Part shown: positions 54,159 to 64,000 of the stretch, in pieces | Position numbering within the stretch: the first letter of the stretch is position 1 | How the letters are laid out: the number at the start of each line of letters is the position of its first letter | Origin: Camelus dromedarius | Taxonomy: Eukaryota | NCBI RefSeq assembly: GCF_036321535.1 | Contig: NC_087436.1 | Span: 16,306,001 to 16,370,000, forward strand | Length of the DNA: 64,000 nt | Direction of reading: 5' to 3' | Notes under the pieces: generated by a model | Seen by the model: the letters and a program-made list of their open reading frames with translations, nothing else | Databases searched by the model: none | What the model was told of the DNA's origin: nothing | Position numbers and translations under genes: made by a program

Positions 54159-55524
54159 AAGAAGAAGAACTGGGAAGGGAATTGGCATCTAATAAGAACT
54201 GACTCTGTGCCAGGCATACAATTTAATTCTTGCCATAATTTTATGAGGAATGTGTTGTTTTTGCATTTTAGAGATGAGTAAGTGAAGCTTTAAAAATTTA
54301 AACTGTTGCCCAAGACTTTATGACCATTTCAGACAGGCTTAGAACCCAGATCTGTTAGCCTGTTCCCATCATATTTCATCATGTGGATAAAAAATATGGT
54401 GTAGTGGGTTGGTATGTCTACTTTGGAGACTTAAGGTTCATTGAGAATTAATTGATATAATTTATGTTAATCATCACAGTAATTAGATAAACTGTAGCCA
54501 CCACTTATTGGCTGTTTTTATTGTCGTGTGTCTTTGTAATTTAATACCTAAAAGAAATTACAAGAAGTGAGGTTAAAGGGCACGTTTGAAAGAAAAATTA
54601 ACTGGCAGAAAAAGAGGTAACAGTTTTTCAAGGACAGTTGGATTTGAATTGCTTGGATTATTAAGTCAAAGTATATTAATGCTTAGAGGTGACTAACGTG
54701 AGCAGAGAAGGAAGACTTCAGAAGAAACATTAGTACAAATTCTGAAGCCATCAAGGATGATGACGGGGAATAGAACTATGAAGCAAAGGCTGAAATAATT
54801 GAAGGAAATGGTACAAGCTTCATAAAGACAGTTCATAGTTTGCTCAAGATAATTTGATGAAATGTTAAAATGATAAGAGGATAGGCAGTATTTTAAGTTT
54901 TAACCTTTATGAATCTTGACTGTTGATTAATGCAAACTATATTTTTACCTCCCAAATACATAAAACAAGGTTTTTCTTTCAAATTATTTATGTATTTATA
55001 TGAGAGGTTGTACTACTACTCAAGCTTCCTTTATGTTCTCAGCGCTCTGCCCGCGTACCTCTCTAGACATTCTTGTTTTCACATCCATGCCTTCATCAGA
55101 CAGGGAGGCCCTCCAGGGCAGGTACACAATGCCTTATTCATCTTTGCCCCGCAGTGCCTAGCACAGGTAGTAAATACTAGATAAATTAGTGGCTTATCAG
55201 CTCATACTTTTCAGCTCACTCTGAAAAGGAGACTGATATATTTGTACTGAGATGTGCTTATATAGATAATATGAAAAATATGAATTTAGTATTTATTAAT
55301 GCATGTCATTCTCTAGGCTGTGGCACACGTACTAGGAATGAAGGCTCTGAGAATCCTTTGAGCAGGGCAGCCACACTCCTTGCACTTCAGTAGGTAGCAG
55401 TGGAACCCCCAACAGGTACTCGTAGTTGTCTTAGGCACAACATCCACAGATAAATGAGCTGTGACTCATGTCTTTAAGTAACATGTCCGTCAGTGGAGGA
55501 ACAGGCAGACATATCAACATAATT

Positions 55525-56265
55525 TTTAAAAATACAATAAACTTTATTTTTAGAGCAGTTTCAGGTTTATTAAAAAGTGAGCAGATCATAAAAAAAGTTC
55601 TGTATACACCCTTCACTCCCCTTCCCCCCAGTTCTTTCTATTACTAACATTTTGTATTGGTGTGGTACGTTTATTATAATTCATGAGCCACTATTGGTGC
55701 ATTATCATTAACTGAAGTCCATAGCTTACACCAGGGTTCGTGTTTTGTGTTGTACATTCTGTGGGCTTTGACTAATGTGTTACGATGCATGTTCACCACT
55801 ACAGAATCATTTCAACACCCTAAAAATCCCCTGTGTTCCACCTGATCACTTCTCCCCCTTTGCCCACACTCCAGATTCAGGTAACCACTCATCTTATTAT
55901 TGTCTCCATATTTTTTCTTTTTCTGGAAGTTCATATATTTGCAATCATACAGTATGTTGCCTTTTCAGATTGGCTAAGCTTCCTCCATGTCTTTCCATGG
56001 CTTGATAGCTCATTTCATTTTATTGTGGAATAATATTCCATTGTGTGGATATACCAGTTTATTTATCGATTCAGTTATTAAAGGACAACTTGGTTGCTTC
56101 CAAGTTTTAGCAATTATGAGTAAAATTGCTGTAAACATTCATGTACAGGCCTTCATGTGAACATAAATTTTCAACTCAGCTGGGTATGTACCAAGGAGTG
56201 CAATTTGCTAGGTCATATGGCAAGAGTATATTTCATTTGTAAGAAACTGCCAAGCTGTCTTCCAC
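55525..56265 (-). mobile_element. L1MC1/2-type 3' end, antisense
   Basis: aaactttatttttagagcagtttcaggttt...taactgaagtccatag...tttgtaagaaactgccaagctgtcttcca. Confidence 0.88.
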
Positions 56266-56309
56266 TAAACATCATTTTAAAATATATTTTGGTAAGTTTT
56301 AAGATAGTT

Positions 56310-56412
56310 ACCCGAATATATGTAGGTATATGCATGGCTGGGACATTGTGCTGTACACAAGAGTTTGACACATTGTAATTAACTGTACTTCAATTAAAAA
56401 AATATTTTTAAA
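56310..56412 (+). mobile_element. Short L1 3' end
   Basis: acattgtgctgtacacaagagtttgacacattgtaattaactgtacttcaattaaaaa; same family as 52233; possible short TSD aagatag. Confidence 0.75.
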
Positions 56413-56568
56413 AAGATAGATTTATTATAGTGGAGGTATTCAGAGAGAGGTATCATAGTCAACAGACATGTAAACAGAGACACAAGAGGACAGAAGTAGA
56501 GTAGTTATGAGAGGTAGTTATGAGAAGAGCACTGACTGACAGCTCTGAAGAAGAAAAAAAAAGGCAGG

Positions 56569-56995
56569 GAGATCAAGAAAATGTCAGCATCACAATTTGT
56601 CAAATGCATGCCTAAGGCTTGGAAGAAAATTCCAAAGGTCATAGTGTAGAATTTTCTTTAAAAGATGTTTCCTCACTAATGCTTTTGAAGGCAGTGAGGA
56701 CAGGACGGTGAGGAAGAACACAGACTTCAACAACTTCAACTCAGGAAGTAATTCAGAACAGTTGGACTCTGGGAAACACTGTATGAACAATCAATTTAAT
56801 TTATATTTCCTTTTTTAAATATGTCCAGTACTTTAATAAAATCTGTCTAAAAAGTCTGACAGCTCTTTCAGTCAATGTAAAATTAAAATTCTGCATCATA
56901 AAGCAATCTGTTACCATTTTGCAGCTCTTTTTATTTCTTAGCGATACAAAAAAGTTCATCTTACAGTCAGTGAAGTCTTAGGTTTATGAAATTAG
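56569..56995 (+). mobile_element. TcMar-Tc2 (Kanga1-like) DNA transposon remnant: transposase C-terminus plus terminal repeat
   Basis: Translates EIKKMSASQFVKCMPKAWKKIPKVIV*N, then after a frameshift FFKRCFLTNAFEGSED, resembling pogo/Tc2 DDE C-termini; ends catcttacagtcagtgaagtcttaggtttatgaaattag|ta, similar to the Kanga/MER104 TIR. Confidence 0.65.
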
Positions 56996-59900
56996 TATAT
57001 TTTACTAGGCATGATATGTTTATTAAGTCAGTGGAGCTCAGCCAAAGGTCATTGTATCCCCAGAGCTGCCACAGCAATTTATAAACACTTTGAACATAGA
57101 CTTTTACCTATAAAAAAGCAACATGGGTTACATTCTAGTTGGTGTTCTTTAGCAAAATTTTATCAGATCAGTGCCACTGGTTATCTCATTCTAATCAGAA
57201 GGTCTGGCATACATACGTACATCTTTGTGAAGTGTATTTGATAACATTTGATTATTTGGTAACTCTTTTTGAAACTCATTGTCCAGGGAGAGGAGAAACA
57301 ATAAAATAATAATTAAAAAGAAGACACTGAGATAATATTTCGTAGGAAGAGGACATCTTCAATATGTAGTATTTCAGTAGTGTAAATTTCTTATTTTACA
57401 CCAACTAATACTTCCCTTTGAGTCTAAATTCACTAAGTCTTTGAACAGCTATAAGTAGTGTTTGCATGATCAGACTCAAAGTTCATCCATTAAAAAGAAA
57501 AGGCAGATGGCAGCTATCAGTTTCTGAGTTCCCACCTCCTTATCCCCACACTCCACACACTGTCAGATACTTAAATGCCCAAAAAGTTAAGTCCATTTTC
57601 AGGCTATGTTCCAGCAGATCCAAATATGGTACACAGAAAGGCGTCCCTCCTGCTCAGGGTGAGAGGAAGAGAACAAGTAGATAATGCACGGTTGCTTTCA
57701 GATGTGTGCATAGGAAGCTCTTTTTAGAATATGTTTTAAAAATTGTTTGACTTCAGCATGTATAAGTTAAACAGGATTTGGTTCATAGTATTTGACTTGC
57801 CAGTATAGATCTGACTTTCCAAGAAGGATGTTAAAGTGAAGTATAAACACCACATGAGACGTGAACTGGTTTCTAAACATTTCACTGATTTTTTCTTTTT
57901 AATAAACAACAGATCATTGTTACGTTAGTGAGGGTAGAGTATCTCCTCAGGTGGTTACATAATGAAAAGGTACATTTTAAATATTTTTATGTATATGATA
58001 GAATCCAAATGCATCAGTAATCGTTCTGACTTAGATATTGTTTAAACTTGAGCTTTTTTTGTTAGACTATAAGCCAATACTCTGTAGGTACTTTCCAGAA
58101 AGATAATATGATGCAATATAATAGATATAAATCAACCTTTCATTTAAAAAAAGAGATAGTTTAATGGACAAGTTTGCTTTATAGTTTTCTGTTTCATGTT
58201 TAGAAAAGTATCTGAGTGAGGTTTTTAATCTGTGTGTTTGAGTAGTGCTGCTGATGGGAACATTTTTTGGAGCTCAGATCGTGAACAGTGGGTTTTTCTG
58301 AAGGAGTCAGTGACTTAGGGGTATTGTGAGTTTTCTCTTCCACGAGCAGCAAGAATTCGGATTTTACCGGAACAAGCAGCAGAGTGTTATGAAAGTCTGG
58401 AACCTGGCACCTTAGGAAAATGAGGATAAATTCCTGAATCATTAATAGCTGAGTGTGAGGACCACTCACTTTCCTTGTGTTGCTTTAAATCCTTTTAAAT
58501 AGCACATAGTGGCCTCTCTAATAATACAGTACATACATCTTAGTCTGTGCCTTTTTAATATTGCTGCTTCTAAAATGATGGAAAGTAGCCAAAGATGGAG
58601 TGTAAGTGTTGTGTTGATAATCTTAAATCTCCTTAAGTTCCCTTGGTTGATATTAAAGTCATTATCAATATTTATAAAGGGAATATTCTTCACGGAAGAA
58701 ATGTGAAAGAATTAGCTAAAACATTTGGATAGACATTTGCCCGTCCCTTTGTGCCTTTCGTTGGAATGCATCACTAAAAGTGGTTTAGGGTATAAGCAAA
58801 TTACTTCATTTTGATTCTAGATGCTGAGCTCCTAATAGCTTTAAAATTTATACAGTTTTTGTTTCGCTGTCAAAACATTTAATTATATCATGCCCAAAGG
58901 TGTAAAGCTGTCAAATAAATCTGAGTTTAGGCATAAACATTTGCTAAGTTACATGTGCTACTACACTGTAGTTGTTGCTGGGCAGCTTGTGAACCTGTTT
59001 TACGGGGAGGGGTGTGTCGAGGAACATTAACTCAGCAGGTACAGAACAACATTGGCCCAATGAATTGATGATGACTTGTAAAACAGCAGGTAGTAATGCC
59101 CCCAGTCTTTGTAATTCCCCTCTTTGTAAAATAAAGCAGACTAGAGAGTGTGGTGGATCCTTTGGCTCAATTTGCACCATAAGAAAGCTGTCTTTTTTGC
59201 AAAAATATGTTCTCTTTCTTTCCTTGCAATACCATATTCTTTTTTTTTTTTTTTTGGTTTGTTTCCTCTTCAAAAACAAATTACACCGTTCATACTTCAT
59301 ATCCTTCTCTCTTACTCGAGAGTCTCTTGCTGGAGGAAGAATGATCCCAATGACAATGTAAAGGAAGTCTTGACACTGATCAGCAATTATTATGAGTTTA
59401 AAGTTTTCTATGCAAAACATTTTTTCCAACTTTATTCAGTATGATTGATAAATAAAATTTATTTAATATGTACATGTGATGTAAAATATTTTTAAAGAAG
59501 GGATAATTTTTTTGAATTATAAATATTCCTTTCTGGTTATTTCAGAAATAATAATTTTTGGTATTTGATGGTGTTATTTGGAGGCAGATTGTTAGCATAA
59601 ACACTAATGCAGACTTCACTAATGCAAAATCCACTAAGAGGTAGGGGAGTAAAGTAAATTAGTTCTACTTTGAAGCTTTTATTTTCTTCCCCTTTCAAAA
59701 TGAATGGGAAGGCCCTTGAATGAAAGCTGCTTTTCATTAGTGCTACCAAATACCTACTTGAAAGAGTTGAGTTCTAACTGAACACCCACACAAGAGAAAG
59801 GGAAAGCTTCCTTTTTCTCCTGGAGGACCATCAGCTAAATAGCTCTTGGCTTCTCTTTTCCAATCAGGTGGTTTCACATCAGAGTTAATTACTCTCGTCA

Positions 59901-61474
59901 TTTATTCTAATCACCCTCCTCTTCTGGCTAGCTGCATTCTGTCATGGGGTGGCATCGTTTGAAGCCAGTTAAGTTTGAAAACCACTGCAGGGTCCTTGAG
60001 GCTCATTAGTGAGGCCTATCCATGCCTGGCTTTGGATTTGCTCCCTGATTAACTCTGCGTCTCTCTGCCTTCTCCCTCCTCCCACCGTCCACCAGCCCCC
60101 ACTCCTCAACGCCGCTGTGGCTCTAAAGAGGAATGTTTCAGTTAACTCTTGCCTTGCTGTTTGTCTTTTCCCCTGCATATTTAAGAAAAATTTAAGTGCT
60201 TCTATTGATAATAAGATCTTTGATAGATTCTGGCCTTATAACTGCATCCCTTGAGTTGAATTTAACTGAAAATGTAGACATTCTATAAAGAAGAGTTATA
60301 TTTTTGAACAATAAAGGGGGAAAACGGTGGTCTCTCAGAGTGAATATATCTATGGCCTTGACCCAGTTCTCCTAACCTAATCAAGATAGTGGTTCCAGCT
60401 CTGATTTTATAGTATTCTAGTATGTCTTACCAGCTTATCATGGCAGTTATCTGAAAAGCTTAAAAAATGTCTCAAAACAGATATATTTGTTTGACGTTGC
60501 TTATTCAAGTAGTTCAACTTAAAAGTGTTTGCCAAGTGGCACACTTAAGAGATATTAAAATCATAAAAGTAAATAATATTTGTGCTATCATTTTAAAATA
60601 TAAAAGAAAGACGTGTAATTGGTGTCCTAAGTAGATAGTTTGAGACAGTGTTATTACACACAGGTATTTAAAACGTTTTCCCTAAATTAACAAAAACTTG
60701 TATCAAGTTTGGTAGTTAAATGAAAATGTTTATTTAAATAGGAAATGAGAGAAATTTTCTCCTTTCTTTTTTCACAGTAGTTTGATCTAAAGGAATCAAA
60801 TAGTTCATGTGTCGAAACAAAATACGATACACAATGAAGTACATGAAATTGCATTTTTTTAATTGCTAATGGTCATGGTTGTTCAGAAATTAGCAGCATG
60901 AGTTGATCTCTTACTGGTAATTCTTATCCCAAAATAGTTTAATGGATTGCTTCTTTATTGAAGGTCTTTGGACTTGGCAATTAACTAGTATGTTGGTATT
61001 CTCTGTCTTGCTTTAAAGGCTGATTTTTTTTTTAATTTGATTTTAAAAAAATCGCCTAATAAATAATGAAAAGAAGCCTAGATTATAAATCTCTTATTTA
61101 GCTCTGTAAATACTTATTGAGTATTTACTGTATGCTCAGTTCCAATGATGAGATATAATCTCTGCCTTCCAGGAATTCAGATACTGGTCAGGAAGACAGA
61201 AAAATAAACTGTAGTACAGGTGAAAGTTTTAGTTTTGAAAGGCAGGTGTAAAAGTGAAAACCAGCTGAAAGAACAGTGAAATCTGTAAATAAAGCCTCTG
61301 GGTCGACATGGCACATCAGATTTAGTTCATATTCAGCAATACTTAATTCTAGTGTTACCAAATATTGTGTGTGAAACCCCTTAAAAATAATTCTTGGTAT
61401 GAAATGGCTTCATATTTTTAGAATGCAGCTTTGGCATATACCATTCTGTTTCATAATTTTACAAAAGGATGTGT

Positions 61475-61715
61475 TGTAACATGGCTTCAGAGTCAGATCT
61501 GGGTTTAGGTGGCAACTCCGACATTTACTAGCTGTGTGGCATTAGTCAGTTTACTTAATGTTTTTAGCCTCTTTTGTAAACAGTATTTATTAGGATTGTA
61601 GTGCTTCTCTCATAGGATTATTGTGAAGATTAAATAAAATAATCTGTGTAAAACATTTAAAATAAAACTAGGCACATCATAAGTGCTCACTAAGTGTTAA
61701 ATGCTGATGTTATTG
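61475..61715 (+). mobile_element. MIR SINE
   Basis: tttactagctgtgtggc...ctcataggattattgtgaagattaaat...ggcacatcataagtgctcactaagtgtt. Confidence 0.85.
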
Positions 61716-62147
61716 TTATATTGTTGTTTAGTTGATCAGTGAGTTTCTTCTAGGTTGACCTTCAGATGCATTTTCCTTGCATAATATATTGTCCTTCTAG
61801 AGGCTTTGTCAAGTTTATGAAGGACATTATCTGCACTCATCTTCCTGACATTGTTCAAGAGAAAATAAAACATTGAAAGATGTTGCTGTAATAGCCACTT
61901 CACTTTTTCTTCTTTCCCTGTAATCAGCCTACCCTAAATTTGATTGTATGGTTGACTGTAGACAACTCGTTTGTAATGGCTAGTAATCACAGAAGTTCTT
62001 CACATTTTCTAAACTTGGCCAAATTAGCACAGTATCAACTGGGTAAAGTTTCTATGGTCAATTTCATGCTTCTTATACTGTGCTTTAAGATCATAGTCCC
62101 TCCGCATAGACACTGAATTGTGCTAAATCACAAGAATTTCTTAAATG

Positions 62148-62530
62148 CCATTCATTCATTCAACAGACATTTATTAGGGGTCTACTAGGTAATTAGGTCT
62201 GTGATCACAAAATTGGAAGAATATGACACCTGCCCTTTGGGGCTGTCATTATGAAGATCAAACAGACATGGCAGTAACTAATTAGAGAAATAGATTAAGT
62301 GATGTATTTATTTATTCATTCACCAGATATTTTGTAAGTGCCTACTACTTATTAGTTTTTGGGAATATAACAGTAAGAAAGACAACCTAGTACCTGCCCT
62401 TTTGGACCTTATTGTTTGGTGAGGGAGATGGACACTAAATAAGAAACTAAACAAGTAAATATGTATCTTGTGATAATATGTAATATAATGAATAATATAA
62501 TACTTGTGGTAATACCATGAAAGAGCATAT
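62148..62530 (-). mobile_element. Two L2 3'-end fragments
   Basis: cattcattcattcaacagacatttatt and ttcattcaccagatattttgtaagtgcctact are antisense L2 tails. Confidence 0.7.
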
Positions 62531-62589
62531 GCTACCACTAAAGCATTTAACATTTTATTTATTTGTTTTTGTGTGTATAATTTTTAATA

Positions 62590-62745
62590 TTAATTTTTAT
62601 TGAGCTATAATTGATATATAACGTGATACTACTTTTGGCTCTACAACAAAATGATTCAATATCTGTGTATTTGTGAAATGATCACCGCAAGTCTAGTTAA
62701 CATCCCTCACCATACATTGTTACAGTTTTTTTTTTTCACTCTGAG
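62590..62745 (-). mobile_element. L1MA9-type 3' end fragment
   Basis: ttttattgagctataattgatatataac...gtgaaatgatcaccgcaagtctagttaacatcc. Confidence 0.75.
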
Positions 62746-63064
62746 ATGGAAAGGAAATGCCCTATTTTGCTTCCTTGGGAAGTTTGGGGGAGGCTTAACC
62801 AAGGAAATTACATTTGATCTTAGTGTTTAAGAATGAGTTGTAGTTTGCCAGGGAGGGAGGAAGATAACGGAGGGGGCATTACAGAGCTACAAAGCAAAGA
62901 TCTTGTTGCTGTTATAGAACAGTAAGTGAGCTGGACTTAGAAGGTGGAGTGCAGTGTGTGTGTAGAAATGTGAGTGAGTGAGACCTGTGGACAAATAAGA
63001 CTGGAGGCAGATTCTGTGAACAACTGAAATGCCTTGTAAGTCAGATAGACTTTTTTCTTTGGGG

Positions 63065-63253
63065 TAGTGGTGGCCACAAGGTGGTTGCCAGACCAAAAGC
63101 ATCAGTATTACCTGAGAACTTGTTAAAAAGGCAAATCTTGGGCTCAGCTCCAGATCTACAGAAACAGAAACTCTGTGGGTGGGAGCTCAGCAATCTGTGT
63201 TTCAGCAAGTCCTCCAGATGCTTTTAGTGGATGTTAAAGTTAGAGATCCACTG
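63065..63253 (+). mobile_element. MER5A hAT-Charlie element
   Basis: gcatcagtattacctgagaacttgttaaaaaggcaaat...cagaaactctgtgggtggg...cagcaatctgtgttt...ccactg; 189 bp. Confidence 0.85.
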
Positions 63254-63259
63254 CTTTAG

Positions 63260-64000
63260 AGGAAAGAGAACCATAAAAAAGTCCTAAGGAGAGTCATGAG
63301 TTGGTCAGGCTGTAGATAGGAACTGAATGGAGAGGGGCAGATTTTAGAGATAAAGAGAACAGTTTGGATAGTGTTAGAATAACTGAGCCAAGAAATAACA
63401 AAGCCAAGACAGTCACAGCAGAAGGAAAAGAAAGAACAAATTTGTAAGATATTTTGGAGGCTAGTTATCTGATTAGATAATGTTTTGGAGGGAGAGGAAA
63501 AAGGGGAAGTCAGGATGACTGATACCTTTCAAATTTGACTGACTGGATGAAGTTCTGCTTCCATAATCAAAAAAGCAAGCAAGAAAGCAAGTTTAAAAGG
63601 AAAAACTATTCCTTTTTTTTCTCTTTTTTTGATACATTAGGTTTGAGTTACCGGAGGCACAGCAAAAGAAGTAGCCTAATGGGCAGTTGATGTTTTGGAC
63701 TTGAAACTCTGGAGATGGTCAGAATAGCCGGTCAAGGTAGTTGAAGTCTGACTCATTAGCATGAGTTATATCAGAAACAAGGGCCTGGGACTGAATCTTG
63801 AGGAGAGGGAACACTGAAGATGTAACAGAGGAAAAAGACCTTACATTATAAAAAGTGAGGAGGATCAGAAATGTAAAAAGAAAACCTACAGGGACGTTAT
63901 CATGGAAGCTTTGAGAAGATAGAGTTAGAAACATACATGCCTTAACGCAGAGAGGCCACGTGAGGAAGGAGAAGCTTCCACTGGATTCCGACAGTTGGAG
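63260..64000 (-). mobile_element. L2 fragments continuing past the MER5A insertion
   Basis: aagtcaggatgact...gggcagttgatg...gggaacactgaa...acatggaagc; purine-rich antisense L2. Confidence 0.6.

Noticed and set aside
58944..59444. Overlapping 98-161 aa ORFs on both strands
   Set aside because: They cross a poly-T run, show no domain similarity and have no exon structure.
1..64000. MAB21L2 coding sequence, further LRBA exons, CRISPR arrays, or prokaryotic or viral systems
   Set aside because: I saw no long single-exon ORF, no neighbouring BEACH peptides (e.g. ALESEFVS), no repeat-spacer array and no gene-dense segment.

Overview
AT-rich, repeat-dense mammalian genomic DNA that is almost entirely intronic. 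I can identify only one protein-coding exon: 13512-13664 (+), 153 nt, phase 0-0, translating to [51 protein letters not shown], part of the BEACH domain of LRBA. It is absent from the supplied ORF track. The window is therefore about 13.5 kb of upstream intron, this exon, and more than 50 kb of downstream intron. The lineage is probably a camelid: there are three tRNA-Ala-derived Vic-1-type SINEs and young artiodactyl-type L1 3' ends, and I saw no Alu, Bov-tA or CAN-SINE. The rest is old placental repeats (L1M, L2, MIR, MLT1 LTRs, hAT and TcMar DNA elements), simple repeats, and a few repeat-free islands that may be regulatory, since LRBA introns host MAB21L2. The listed ORFs are spurious or L1 fragments. 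I found no convincing new biological system. The best leads are a possible stop-containing cassette exon at 38827-38901, candidate conserved non-coding elements, an internally deleted L1, a Tigger-derived hairpin and a Tc2/pogo transposase fossil. Repeat family names come from recalled consensus sequences, and boundaries of old repeats are approximate.
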